Positions 28,062 to 38,569 are shown, counted from the first letter of the stretch. The stretch is 64,000 nucleotides of DNA from a bacterium (GCA_026394155.1 JAPKYT010000117.1:1993-65992), one strand, 5' to 3'. Numbers and translations: made by a program. Notes: generated from the sequence alone by a model not told the origin.

Positions 28062-29153
28062 ATGGCGGAGCGAACGACATCCAAGGCGCCGCCGGGAGGC
28101 CTGAAACGGTGGTTCGAGGAGCGCTACGGTCTGTCGAAAGTGCGCGAATGGGCGAGCCACAAGACCGTGCCCGTGCATCGCGGTTCCGTCTGGTACTATT
28201 TCGGCGGAGTGTCGCTTTTTCTGTTCATCGTGCAGGTGGTCACGGGAGTGCTGCTGCTTCTCTATTACCGCGTGGGCGTGGAGAGCAGCTACGAGAGCGT
28301 GCGCTTCATCATCACCAAAGTTCCCTTCGGCTGGCTGATTCGCTCGATTCACAGTTGGGGAGCGAACCTGATGATTCTGGCGGCCATGATTCACATGTTC
28401 TCGGTTTTTTTCGAGCGGGCCTATGTCAAGCCGCGGGAACTCACCTGGGTGAGCGGTTTTTTGCTGCTGCTGCTGGCGATGGGCTTCGGGTTCTCCGGCT
28501 ACCTTCTGCCGTGGAACAAGCTCTCCTATTTCGCCACCAAGGTGGGAACGGATATTGCCGGAGTCTTGCCGTGGGCGGGCGGTTTTCTGCTGCGGTTCTT
28601 GCGCGGATCGGAGGACGTGACAGGCGCCACCTTGTCGCGCTTCTTCGGATTCCACGCGGCCATTCTGCCCGCGATCTTCACGGTCATTCTCACGGTGCAT
28701 CTGCTCTTCGTTCAAGTGCAGGGAATGAGCCAGCCGCACCTGAAAAAACCGTCCACCAAGCCGCCCATGCCGTTCTTTCCCAACTTCGTGCTGCGGGATC
28801 TCTTGTTGTGGCTCATGGTTCTCAATCTGCTGGCTCTGTTAGCGGTTTTCTTCCCGTGGGAATTGGGGGATAAGGCCGATCCCTTCGCCTCGGCTCCCGC
28901 CGGGATCAAGCCTGAGTGGTATTTTCTCGGCGCCTTCGCTGTGCTGCGGCTTCTGCCCGCCCATATTCTGGGAATTGCCGGCGATCTTCTCGGTGTGATC
29001 GGCATCGGCTTGGGACTCGTGTTTTGGGCCTTGTTTCCGTGGTGGGACCGCCACGCACCGGAAGGCGGACGGAAGGCTTGGGCGGTGGCTATCGGAGTGA
29101 TCGTTCTTCTCAGCTTCTCCCTGCTCACTTATTGGGGATGGCGGGCATCATGA
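28062..29153 (+). CDS. Cytochrome b (fused cytochrome b6 + subunit IV type) of the bc complex.
   Basis: Conserved haem-ligand and Qo-region motifs (SIHSWGANLMILAAMIHMF, GYLLPWNKLSYFATKVGTDI, PEWYFL). Start at 28062 (MAERTTSK), one nt after the Rieske stop. Confidence 0.9.
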   Translation: MAERTTSKAPPGGLKRWFEERYGLSKVREWASHKTVPVHRGSVWYYFGGVSLFLFIVQVVTGVLLLLYYRVGVESSYESVRFIITKVPFGWLIRSIHSWGANLMILAAMIHMFSVFFERAYVKPRELTWVSGFLLLLLAMGFGFSGYLLPWNKLSYFATKVGTDIAGVLPWAGGFLLRFLRGSEDVTGATLSRFFGFHAAILPAIFTVILTVHLLFVQVQGMSQPHLKKPSTKPPMPFFPNFVLRDLLLWLMVLNLLALLAVFFPWELGDKADPFASAPAGIKPEWYFLGAFAVLRLLPAHILGIAGDLLGVIGIGLGLVFWALFPWWDRHAPEGGRKAWAVAIGVIVLLSFSLLTYWGWRAS

Positions 29154-30418
29154 AGACAACACTCCTCATTTTGTCGCTCGCCTTGACTGCGACCGTGCCG
29201 GCGACCGGGCAAGTCGCGCGCAAGTCCGATTCCGGCAGTTGTGCGGCCTGCCACGCGGGACTTGATGCCAAGAACCGCGCCATCGTAAGAGGCTATGAAA
29301 AGGACGTGCATTTCGAGCGCGGCCTGCTGTGCTCCGACTGTCACGGCGGCGACCCGGCCGTCAAAGATGAAGACGCTATGGATCCGGCCAAGGGCTTTGT
29401 GGGCACGCCCGAATGGAGCAAGATTCCCGAGTTCTGCGCCCGCTGCCACTCCAATCCCGCCTACATGCGGCATTTCAATCCGCTCGGGAATGTGGATCAA
29501 TTAGAGAAATACCGCACCAGCCGGCACGGAATCCTGCTCGCCAAAGGAGACAAGAAGGTGGCCGTCTGCACGTCCTGCCACGGGGTGCACGGCACGCTGG
29601 CGGTGGACAATCCGAACTCGCCCGTCTACCGGCAGAACATACCGCAGACCTGCAACCGCTGTCACGGAGATGCGGCCTACATGGCTCCCTACCGCATTCC
29701 CACCGACCAGTACGGGAAATATGCGCGGAGCGTGCACGGGGTGGCGCTGCTGGAAAAACATACCAAGGGCGCGCCGGCCTGCAACGACTGCCACGGCAAT
29801 CACGGCGCGGTGCCGCCCGGAGTGAACGACATCGAGGCCGTGTGCGTGATTTGCCACAGTATCAACGGCGAGCTCTATGATCAGAGTCCGCACCGGGACG
29901 CTTTCAAAGCGGCGGGATTCAAGCAATGTGCACAGTGCCACGACCATCATCTGGTTTTTCATCCCACGGACGCGATGCTCGGAGTGGGAGAGGGCGCGAC
30001 GTGCGTCGAGTGTCACTCGCCGGGAGAAGCAGGTTATGTTGCGGCGGCGCGGATGAGGCAGTTTCTGGACAGTCTCGAAATCCGGCAGACACAGGCGAAG
30101 AGCCTTCTGGACAGTGCCCGCGTGCTCGACATGGACGTGGCCGACGGGGAGGCACTGGTGGAGGCGATTCGGCAGAACCTGATTGAAGCGCGCACCGCCA
30201 CCCACGCCTTCTCGGATAAGCACTTGGCCGAGGTGGGAAGCAAGGGGCTGGTGGCGGCCCAGAAAGCCGACAGTCTGGCGCGGGCGGCGATCTTCGAACA
30301 CAAATTCCGCCGCCTCGGATTCGGGGTCGCGACCTTGATTATCACCGGCACGGCGCTGCTGCTGTTCCTGAAAATCCGCCAGATTGAACGGCGGAAACGA
30401 AAACCGCCCGCCCGCTAA
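29150..30418 (+). CDS. Multihaem c-type cytochrome (about 9 CxxCH motifs) with a C-terminal TM anchor; third gene of the bc operon.
   Basis: Signal MKTTLLILSLALTATVPATGQ. Haem-binding motifs CAACH, CSDCH, CARCH, CTSCH, CNRCH, CNDCH, CVICH, CAQCH, CVECH. C-terminal helix VATLIITGTALLLFL. The ATG overlaps the cytochrome b TGA (ATGA). Confidence 0.85.
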   Translation: MKTTLLILSLALTATVPATGQVARKSDSGSCAACHAGLDAKNRAIVRGYEKDVHFERGLLCSDCHGGDPAVKDEDAMDPAKGFVGTPEWSKIPEFCARCHSNPAYMRHFNPLGNVDQLEKYRTSRHGILLAKGDKKVAVCTSCHGVHGTLAVDNPNSPVYRQNIPQTCNRCHGDAAYMAPYRIPTDQYGKYARSVHGVALLEKHTKGAPACNDCHGNHGAVPPGVNDIEAVCVICHSINGELYDQSPHRDAFKAAGFKQCAQCHDHHLVFHPTDAMLGVGEGATCVECHSPGEAGYVAAARMRQFLDSLEIRQTQAKSLLDSARVLDMDVADGEALVEAIRQNLIEARTATHAFSDKHLAEVGSKGLVAAQKADSLARAAIFEHKFRRLGFGVATLIITGTALLLFLKIRQIERRKRKPPAR

Positions 30419-30459
30419 TGACCATCTTGTGAACCTGTTGTCTTCGTCGGAACACTGAC

Positions 30460-30505
30460 ACAGAACAGGCTCCCCATCGCTGAGGAGCCTGTTCTCTTTG
30501 GATTC
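30460..30505 (+). terminator. Terminator hairpin between the convergent cytochrome c and giant T9SS genes.
   Basis: 12-bp perfect stem agaacaggctcc/ggagcctgttct with a 10-nt loop, followed by CUUUGGAUU. Confidence 0.5.
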
Positions 30506-30514
30506 CCACGCCGG

Positions 30515-33500
30515 TTATTTCATCAACAGAATCTTGCGCAACAGAGTGCGGTCACCGGCTTGGAGCCGGACAAGGTACATGCCGGTCGGGCAAGCGGAGC
30601 AATCCCAAACCACGGTGTGCACGCCGGGCCGGTAGAACCCGCGGATGACGCTGCCTGCCCGGCGGCCCAGGACATCGAACACCTCGATGGTTACGTTGGC
30701 CTCGCGCGGCAGGCCGAACCGCAACGTCGTTAACGGATTGAAGGGATTGGGGAAGTTCTGATCGAGGAAGAAATCGCCGGGAATTGCGCCGGCAACTTCA
30801 TCTGCGGACAGAGCACAGGAATCCACCGTGAACGGATCACTGACAACCGTGTCGCTGCGCGTGTCGCGCCAGATGACAATCATCAGCCGTGAGTCGGGCT
30901 GTCGAGGTCCGGAGTTGCGGATAGGTACGGTCTCTTGCGATACGGGAGGAGTATGTCCGCCGACGGGAAGGTACGCGCCGCCGTCGAGCTGCAGGTAGAT
31001 CGAATCCCCCTCGACACCGCTGCAAAGATCGAGCTGCAAGACGACGTCCGTGGAGCAGGGCAGGATCTCGGGCAGAACCGTCACCAGCGCGACCAGTTTG
31101 CGCAGGTGGCCCGAAACCGGCGACGTGAACGCGCTGGTATCGCAGAACGGATTGTAAGCGGCCACGGTATATCCGTGGTTCAGCGTATCGTCCACGCCGT
31201 GATCGGTAAAGGATGTTGACGTGACCGTGTCAATCGGAGCGCCATCGCGGCGAACCACATAGCCCGAAACCTCGCCGCCGCCGTCGGTCCACGTCATTCG
31301 GATCGAGTCGCAGACCGCGGGCGAAACGAAGGTCAGGCCGGTGGGCGTGTTTGCGCCTGCATGACCGGTTCCGGTAGCCGGTGTGCTCACCGGGCTGTTC
31401 CCGCACTCGCTGCTGTGCGCGCGCAGCGTGTACGAATGGGTGCCAGAGACGGTGTCCGTGAAAGCAAGCGTGCTCGCATTAACGCTGGCGATCTGTGCGA
31501 GATCACGGAAGACTCTGAATGAGTCTATGTCACCGCCCGCCGAAGTCCACCCTACTGCAATTTCCCCGCACAGGTTACTCGAAGCCGTCACGTTGGTCGG
31601 CGTTCCCGGCACGGCCAGACGGGTTCCGGAGGCCGGGGCGGAGACCGCGCCTGAGCCGCACCAGTTCTCCGCGCGTACTGTGTAGCTGAAGGTGCCGGCT
31701 GCGGGGACATCCGCGAATCGGGTCACATCGGCCGCCGTTGTGCCGGCCTCGGTTCCGTTGCGGAAGATGCGGTACAGTGTTTCGTTGGCCACGTCCTGCC
31801 AGGTGATGATGACGCTGTCGCAGCGACTTGATGTGGCGTTGACTCCCGTAACCTGAGCGGGAACGTGCCAACTTGCGCCGTTGTCGGGAGCGCTGCGCGG
31901 TCCGGTGCCGCACACATTGTGACCATACACCGCGTAGCTGTAGACCGTGTAAGGAACGGCGGTGAGATCCGCAAATGCCGGAAGCGTGCTTCCGCCGATC
32001 AGCGTATCGTTGCGATACACATGGAAGCTGTCAACGCGAAGCGTATAGCTCCACGTCAGTGAGACTTGATCGCACAACGTATCGGAAGCGGCGAGATTGC
32101 TGACGGTCGGCAGCACCGAGAAGCCCACCGTGATGGGCGGCGACTGCGGGCCTTCGCCGCACGCGTTGAAAGCCGCCACGGTCAGCTGATGTTGTTGCGG
32201 TGCGGCCAAGTCGCTGTAGCACAGAGTTCCCGCGGAAACAGAGTCAATGACACTCCCGCTTCGCCGGATGGTGTAACCATCGGCATCCGGCACACTCGCC
32301 CAGCAGATGTTGAACGAAGCGCAGGAGTCGGGGACAATGGGATTGGGAGCCTGTTGCGGCGCAGTCAGGCACATGCCCAAATCGCATCCGCTCGTGTCGC
32401 CGGCGCCGCACTCGTTGTAAGCCACCACGCAGTAAAGACGGCTGACACCGGGCACACACGTTGTGTCCGTGTAGGCGTGAGTACTCGATCCCACCTGACC
32501 GATGGACTGGCCGGCGCGGCGGATCAGGAATGTGTACGGGCCGGCCGGATACGACCACGTGATGAGCACGGAGTCGCAGCGGTTGTCGGTGGCGGAGACA
32601 GACGTGACAGCCGATGGAACAGCCAGCCTCGTGCCTTGATCCGAACCGGTGGTGTCGCCGGCGCCGCAGGCGTTGTAACCAACCACGCGGTAGGTGTAGG
32701 TGACGCCGGGAACGGCCGTTTCATCGAAGAAGAAGCTCGTGATTGCAGGAGTGCTCCCGAGGCGCACTCCGTTGCGCCGAACCTGGAAGCTGTCCGGAAA
32801 AAGAGAGTTCGACCATATCACCAGCACCCGCGTGCAACTCGTGTCGCTGGCGGCCACGCCAGTCACCGCACCCAGCGGAACCACGCGCGTTCCCGAGTCG
32901 GGAGCCGACAGCGTTTCGCAGCCGGGATTGAAGGCGGCAACCGCGTAGCTGTAAGCCGTGCCGGACAAGGCGGTCACGTCATGGTAACTCGTCGTGTTCG
33001 CAGCCAGATCGGTGCCGACCTGAACACTGTTCCTCAGAACACGGTAGCCCGTCTCATCGGCCACGTCAAACCACGTAATCAGGACGTCGTTGCAGCGATT
33101 CTCGCTCGCGGCCACGCCGGTCACCTGCGACGGCGGTGACAGTAGATTCCCCTGAGCGGTAAGGGAAACCGAACTCCATCCGCATCCGTTGACCGCGAAG
33201 AGGTAATAGCCGTGCTGTCCGGCGGCAGGCACATCCGCGAAGCGAATCGTGTTTGCCGTCAGTATCCAGCCCTCTGTGTTGTCTCTGACGAGTTCGTAAA
33301 TCTGCTCGTCGGCCTGATCGTTCCATGTGACAATGATGCTGTCGCAGCGGTCGCTTGTGGCACTCACCCCTGTGACTTGAACGGGCAGCGGCCCGGCGGG
33401 CTGCACATTCAGAACGAAGGGCCCTGACAAAGAGGGTGAGAACCCCTCGATCAGCGCGTAGTAGGCGCCGGCTACGGGAAGATTCACGCACAGTGACGAT

Positions 33501-36500
33501 TGCCCGGACCACATGTTGTTGCAGGGAAGGTCGTCGTTCCAAGCAACGGAGTCTCCGCAACAGTCCAGAGTGAGGTACAAGTAGGTGTCGTAGCTCGAGC
33601 CGCACAGGGAGAAGCTCCAATCCCCCGCCGAGGGAATCAGGACCTTGACCACCACGTCCTCGGATGACCGAGCCGCGCAATCATTGCCGGCTCCCAGAGT
33701 ATTTCCGCTGATCTGGCCCGGCGCCGTGAGTGTCGTATCCCAGCACGGGCAGCGGGCGGGATTCGTGCAGGCTGCGCCGTCGTCGGAAACATCCAGCCGG
33801 AAATCGCCCATCGAGTTGAATTCCGGGTACACGAGCAGCCAATAGACCTCTCCCGCGCGCGAGCACCAACTGAGCTGAGCGTGGGCAGCCGCACCGCAGT
33901 AGTCACCGTCGCTCGCTTCGCAATGGAGGCTCGTGCATCCGCAAGTGAACAGCGAGAGCCTGCTGTCCCAGGCGGTGGCGGTGCTGCAAAGGCTGGCGGT
34001 AATCGTATTCCCCGTGCCGACGATCTGATACCACACACCGAGGGCTTCGGTGGTGCCCGGACAATCGGGAATCGTGTCCAGCGTGGCGCACTTGGTGGTG
34101 CCGTAGGTCGTGGAGGGAACCATGACCACCGCGGCATTCGCGCAATGGTCGTTCACCGGCACTGTCGCAGCCGTTATGGAAAGATCAAACTCGGGAATGC
34201 AATCCGGGTCCGGCCACGTGTCTATCATAATGTAGTACGTGCCCGGCGTCAGGTGCTGGCAGGCGATGCCGTGCGAGAAATCGTCGCCGCTGATGTGCCA
34301 GGCGATGCAATCGGTTGTGTCGGGCGGGCAGTGGTCATCGAGCAGGATTCCGCTCCAGCCCGAATCGTGCGGATTCAGCCAAAGGGTGTAATCCGCCTCC
34401 TGGGTGACCGTCCAGCGGTAGATAATGTCTTCGCCCAAGCTGAAGGAGCCTAAGCAGCTATTCTCGTAGTCATGCCCGAGGCCGCAGGTCGTCTGATTGA
34501 GAAGGGTCGTGTCATCGCTGATCGAGATGGCATTGGCGCAATCCTCTCCGGGGGTGCCGCACGGCAGGCAGGTCATGGTCATGCGGTAATCCGCCGGATC
34601 AGGAATGCCTCCGAAAACAGACGGACCGGCCCACAGCACGTAGGCTCCGGTGTCGAGACAGGCGGTCGTCAACTCGAGCGTGCTGCATGCCTGGGCGAAG
34701 CCGCTGTACAGAATCGTGAGAGTGCAACTGTCGTTCAGCAGCCGAACGATGAGAACCTGAAGCGGGAACTCCGCCGAAGCGCTGACGTGCACGCTCTCGG
34801 GCGCGGTCACGTCGAAGCGGAACCAGTCCGTGTCGCGAAACTGTGATCCTTGTACCACGTAGGTGAAGCAGCGTCCGGCGATGGTTTGCCCGCAGGCGAT
34901 GCTATCGAACGTTCTGTCCGGCACATTGCAACCCCCGTCGCAATCCAGACGCGCATGGGAAGTATCCACAATCTCGGCGCATTCCACCACATCTCCCTGC
35001 TGCGGAATCACGCAGGTATAGCACGGCGCGGTGATGAGGTCGAAGTTCGGAATGAAGTTGGGCGAAGGATAGGTGTCCACCATGATGTAGTATTCGCCCG
35101 CCGTAAGATGGCGGCAAGCTATCCCATGCGGGGCGGCCGCCGAGCTGGTGTGGGTGGCAATGCATCCCGTAACGTCCGGCGGGCAGTTGTCGTCGAGGAG
35201 AATTCCTGTCCATGTTGTGGAGTAAGGATTGAGCTTAACCTTGTAATCGCCCTCCTCCGTGACCGTCCACTTGTAGATAATGTCCTCGCCGCCGTCATAG
35301 TTGATGAGACAGGTGTTGCTGTAGTCGTTCACCTTTCCCAGCGTCGTCTGGGCCGGAACGGTTGCAGCATCCGTGATGTCAATGGGCGAGTTGCAGTCCT
35401 GACCGGGCGGGCAGGGTCCGCAATGCAGCCACACGCGATAGTCCAGAGGATAAGGAATGCCTACAAAGACGGAAGGGGCAACAAAGATGGCATAAGTGCC
35501 GGGTTCGAGACATGTGTCGGCAACGCTGGCCGTATCACAGGCGGCGACAAGCTCATAAGCCAGTGACGTCACAGAACAACCGGTGTCAATCCGAAGCAAA
35601 CTCAACTGCAGCGGGAATTCACCCACGGCGTGCACTCGCACCGTGTCATATTCCCACAAGGTGAATTCATACCAATCCGTGTCGCGGTAAGTCGAGCCTC
35701 GGCGTACGTAAGTGAACGCCTTGCCACAGACCGTGTCGCCGCAGACGATTGCCCCGAAGGTGTTTTCCGCGTTGTTGCAACCGCCGTCACAGTCGAGCAA
35801 GGCATTGGTGCTGTCCACCGTTTCCTCGCACTCGATGCGGTCCAACGGCTGACAGGTCACGCAGGAATAGACTCGTCCTAAAGCAAAATCAAACTCCGGA
35901 ATACAGATTGGTTCAGCCCACGTATCCATCATCAGGTAGTATGTTCCGGCAGTGAGGTGTTGTGAGAGCACGCCATATGGTAAAGAGCCGATGTTTGTGT
36001 AGGTGGCAATGCACGCGCCGGGTCCATCCGGCGGGCAGTGGTCATCCAATAGAAATCCTGTCCAGCTTGTGCCGCGGGGATCCATCCAGAAGGCGTAATC
36101 ACCTGTTTGACTCAATGTCAGGCTATAGACAATATCCTCACCGTTATCATAGTTTCCCAGACAGGTGGTGTTGTAGTCAGCGCCGTACCAGCAGGTGGTC
36201 TGCGATGCCATTGTGACATATTGAGAGCTTAACACCACCGGATCGCTGCAATCCACACCGTCGGGACACGGTTCGCAGTCCAGTACCACCCGGTAGGTCA
36301 GCGGCACAGGAATGCCGTTGAAATCCGATGGTGCGACCCAAAGCGTGTAAGTTCCGGCGTCAATACAGACAACGCTGAGTTCGGTCGTATCGCAGGCGAA
36401 ACCGGATGTCGAATACAGAACCGATGCCGGACAGACGGCGTTCAGAATATAGACGGAAACGTTGAACTCGGCATACACCGTTGCTTTTATCCGCGAGCGT

Positions 36501-38569
36501 TCGCTGAGCGTGAAACGGTACCAGTCCGTGTCGCGGTAAGTCGAGCCTTGGCGCACGTACGTGAATCCCAAGCCGCACACGGTATCGCCACATTGAATAG
36601 TGTCGTAGGACGCGACTCCTCCCGGTCCGACGTTGTTGCACCCGCCGTCGCAGTCGAGGCGGCTGTGTGATGTATCCGGGTTTTCTGTGCATTCGATGGT
36701 GTCCGTCCCCAAGCAAGTCAGCGTGCACGGCGGGCAGATTCCCGCTTCCAGCACGTAATCGCCGCAGGCGCCGCCATATCCGTCCACGACAATGTAGTAC
36801 GTGTGACCGGCCTGAAGAGATACGCAGCGAAGAAGTGATCGAAGAGAACTATTGGCTCCCGGGCAGGTAGCCGTAGGCACATCGTCGTTGCAGACCATCG
36901 GCGTGCCCCCGCACGAATCATCATAGACATAGATTTTGGTGTCAAAGCTCGAACGGCACAAGCTGAATGTCACCTGTTGCGCCACCGGGGGGGTGTACCG
37001 GTAGGCGATGTCACGGCCGCCCTGTCCGCCTGTGTAGGGTGGACAGGCATAGAAATAGTCGTCCAGCGCGTAACACGTGTTGCCCGTGTACGTGCCCGGA
37101 ACACTCATGGTGATGGCATTTCCGCAAGAGTCACCCACGAGCGGCGCGCGGATCTGCAAGCGCCAGCGGCGCAGATAGCCGTCACCGTTGTCCTCGTCGC
37201 TGCACACGCGCAGCCGCCAGACGCCGTTCGGATTCTCACCGTCAAAGGTGGACAGAGCTTCCTCGGGGTGGAAGCTGCCGGTGAATGGCGCTGTGTTGCA
37301 CCCGGCACTGCCGATGATGCATGCCGCATCATCATCGAACCGAGTGTTGTAGTAGTTGTCGCCTGTTCCGCCGTTATCGGTGCTGAGCGTGCACGTGTCG
37401 CCCGCCGGACTGATAAGGTAGATGTCCAGATCGGTGTCATAAGAGAACGTCAGTGTATCAATCTGCACTTCCACGTCCGTAATCTGTGGCCCAAGATTGC
37501 TAACCGTAATCGAGTCCGCAACGCACGAGTAGTGCCAGATGTATCGCGGTGCATGGGACGAGTAGAACGTCACTCCTCCGTTATCGTCGAGAGTCTCGCG
37601 GCCGCGGTGAGTCAGCTCGCCCAGGCGGGTGTCAATATCCGAAAAGTCGCGTCCGGCAATCTCCAGTTCCTTGCGCTGCTCAAGAAGTGAGTTGATTTCG
37701 TCGCGATCAGGGTCGTAGGGCGCAACGACTTCCGACTCGACGACTTCACCGCTGAAGGCTTCGGTGGTCATTGCCTCTGCTGCAACTCCGGCGCCGGACT
37801 GTGCCTTTGATGCCGTACTTTTGCCCTGAGAAAGGAGTTCGATGATGCGGTTCTTGATCGGAGTGACGTCGCCTCCGGAGGCGTGAACCTCGTCCGCTTG
37901 CCTCTGGAGGGACTGTATCTCCGCCCAAGTGGACTCGTCCAACTTGGGCTGCGGCGGCTCCGAGAGGCGTCGCGAAGCCGTCCTGTCGCCTTGCAGCGTA
38001 CCGGCAGATGCAGACAGGGAGACTCCCGGCGGCAGCGCGACCGAAGAGGACTTCGCGGATGGGCCGGATGCGTTTCGACCCGCCGCCGTGCGGCGATCCG
38101 GCTGGACGGGCGCCTGCGCGCCGGTACCGCCCAACTCCCGGAGCGCTGAGCTGTCGGCAAGCGGCGCCCGGCTCTTGCGGGCGGAAACCGCAGCGACTTT
38201 GCGTTGCGGCGCGCTCCGTCCCAAAAGCTCATCTATCCGCATCTTGATCTGGCTGGCATCCAGCCCGCGTCTGACTCGCACAGCAAGCTCATCCATGAGC
38301 GCCCTGACTTGCGCCTTGAGCGCGTCGAACGGCTCGACCTGCTTCGCCGCGTGCCCGGCAGGGAGTGGCTCGACTCGCGCGGGGTCAATTGGCCCGGCGA
38401 GACCAACCGTGTCCGGTTCCATCTTCGCCCCTGTCTTGACCGCGTCGCCGGAGGCGGAACGGAACGGGCTTGGCTTTCCGGTCTGAATCCTGTCTACGGA
38501 CCAGGCGGCGGCCAGACCCAAAAAACAAAGCGCGGCGCACGCGCAGACAACAAGTAAAGTCCTTTTCAC
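30515..38569 (-). CDS. Giant (2684 aa) T9SS-sorted surface protein. It has an N-terminal low-complexity/coiled region, a proprotein-convertase P-domain, arrays of PPC-type domains, about 9 FN3-like domains and a T9SS CTD.
   Basis: GTG start with signal MKRTLLVVCACAALCFLGLAAAWS. P-domain-like segment (DLDIYLISPAGDTCTL...NPNGVWRLRVCSDEDNGDGYLRRWRLQI). Repeated cysteine-rich modules with RDTDWY[RE]F (PPC hallmark) alternating with modules containing GEDI[IV]Y.W.T...GDY. Nine VTGV[SA]A[ST]...C...[IL]TW FN3-like units. CTD FFLDQNFPNPFNPLTTLRFGLP...GMYLVRLQ...KILLMK. Confidence 0.85.
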   Translation of the reverse strand: MKRTLLVVCACAALCFLGLAAAWSVDRIQTGKPSPFRSASGDAVKTGAKMEPDTVGLAGPIDPARVEPLPAGHAAKQVEPFDALKAQVRALMDELAVRVRRGLDASQIKMRIDELLGRSAPQRKVAAVSARKSRAPLADSSALRELGGTGAQAPVQPDRRTAAGRNASGPSAKSSSVALPPGVSLSASAGTLQGDRTASRRLSEPPQPKLDESTWAEIQSLQRQADEVHASGGDVTPIKNRIIELLSQGKSTASKAQSGAGVAAEAMTTEAFSGEVVESEVVAPYDPDRDEINSLLEQRKELEIAGRDFSDIDTRLGELTHRGRETLDDNGGVTFYSSHAPRYIWHYSCVADSITVSNLGPQITDVEVQIDTLTFSYDTDLDIYLISPAGDTCTLSTDNGGTGDNYYNTRFDDDAACIIGSAGCNTAPFTGSFHPEEALSTFDGENPNGVWRLRVCSDEDNGDGYLRRWRLQIRAPLVGDSCGNAITMSVPGTYTGNTCYALDDYFYACPPYTGGQGGRDIAYRYTPPVAQQVTFSLCRSSFDTKIYVYDDSCGGTPMVCNDDVPTATCPGANSSLRSLLRCVSLQAGHTYYIVVDGYGGACGDYVLEAGICPPCTLTCLGTDTIECTENPDTSHSRLDCDGGCNNVGPGGVASYDTIQCGDTVCGLGFTYVRQGSTYRDTDWYRFTLSERSRIKATVYAEFNVSVYILNAVCPASVLYSTSGFACDTTELSVVCIDAGTYTLWVAPSDFNGIPVPLTYRVVLDCEPCPDGVDCSDPVVLSSQYVTMASQTTCWYGADYNTTCLGNYDNGEDIVYSLTLSQTGDYAFWMDPRGTSWTGFLLDDHCPPDGPGACIATYTNIGSLPYGVLSQHLTAGTYYLMMDTWAEPICIPEFDFALGRVYSCVTCQPLDRIECEETVDSTNALLDCDGGCNNAENTFGAIVCGDTVCGKAFTYVRRGSTYRDTDWYEFTLWEYDTVRVHAVGEFPLQLSLLRIDTGCSVTSLAYELVAACDTASVADTCLEPGTYAIFVAPSVFVGIPYPLDYRVWLHCGPCPPGQDCNSPIDITDAATVPAQTTLGKVNDYSNTCLINYDGGEDIIYKWTVTEEGDYKVKLNPYSTTWTGILLDDNCPPDVTGCIATHTSSAAAPHGIACRHLTAGEYYIMVDTYPSPNFIPNFDLITAPCYTCVIPQQGDVVECAEIVDTSHARLDCDGGCNVPDRTFDSIACGQTIAGRCFTYVVQGSQFRDTDWFRFDVTAPESVHVSASAEFPLQVLIVRLLNDSCTLTILYSGFAQACSTLELTTACLDTGAYVLWAGPSVFGGIPDPADYRMTMTCLPCGTPGEDCANAISISDDTTLLNQTTCGLGHDYENSCLGSFSLGEDIIYRWTVTQEADYTLWLNPHDSGWSGILLDDHCPPDTTDCIAWHISGDDFSHGIACQHLTPGTYYIMIDTWPDPDCIPEFDLSITAATVPVNDHCANAAVVMVPSTTYGTTKCATLDTIPDCPGTTEALGVWYQIVGTGNTITASLCSTATAWDSRLSLFTCGCTSLHCEASDGDYCGAAAHAQLSWCSRAGEVYWLLVYPEFNSMGDFRLDVSDDGAACTNPARCPCWDTTLTAPGQISGNTLGAGNDCAARSSEDVVVKVLIPSAGDWSFSLCGSSYDTYLYLTLDCCGDSVAWNDDLPCNNMWSGQSSLCVNLPVAGAYYALIEGFSPSLSGPFVLNVQPAGPLPVQVTGVSATSDRCDSIIVTWNDQADEQIYELVRDNTEGWILTANTIRFADVPAAGQHGYYLFAVNGCGWSSVSLTAQGNLLSPPSQVTGVAASENRCNDVLITWFDVADETGYRVLRNSVQVGTDLAANTTSYHDVTALSGTAYSYAVAAFNPGCETLSAPDSGTRVVPLGAVTGVAASDTSCTRVLVIWSNSLFPDSFQVRRNGVRLGSTPAITSFFFDETAVPGVTYTYRVVGYNACGAGDTTGSDQGTRLAVPSAVTSVSATDNRCDSVLITWSYPAGPYTFLIRRAGQSIGQVGSSTHAYTDTTCVPGVSRLYCVVAYNECGAGDTSGCDLGMCLTAPQQAPNPIVPDSCASFNICWASVPDADGYTIRRSGSVIDSVSAGTLCYSDLAAPQQHQLTVAAFNACGEGPQSPPITVGFSVLPTVSNLAASDTLCDQVSLTWSYTLRVDSFHVYRNDTLIGGSTLPAFADLTAVPYTVYSYAVYGHNVCGTGPRSAPDNGASWHVPAQVTGVNATSSRCDSVIITWQDVANETLYRIFRNGTEAGTTAADVTRFADVPAAGTFSYTVRAENWCGSGAVSAPASGTRLAVPGTPTNVTASSNLCGEIAVGWTSAGGDIDSFRVFRDLAQIASVNASTLAFTDTVSGTHSYTLRAHSSECGNSPVSTPATGTGHAGANTPTGLTFVSPAVCDSIRMTWTDGGGEVSGYVVRRDGAPIDTVTSTSFTDHGVDDTLNHGYTVAAYNPFCDTSAFTSPVSGHLRKLVALVTVLPEILPCSTDVVLQLDLCSGVEGDSIYLQLDGGAYLPVGGHTPPVSQETVPIRNSGPRQPDSRLMIVIWRDTRSDTVVSDPFTVDSCALSADEVAGAIPGDFFLDQNFPNPFNPLTTLRFGLPREANVTIEVFDVLGRRAGSVIRGFYRPGVHTVVWDCSACPTGMYLVRLQAGDRTLLRKILLMK

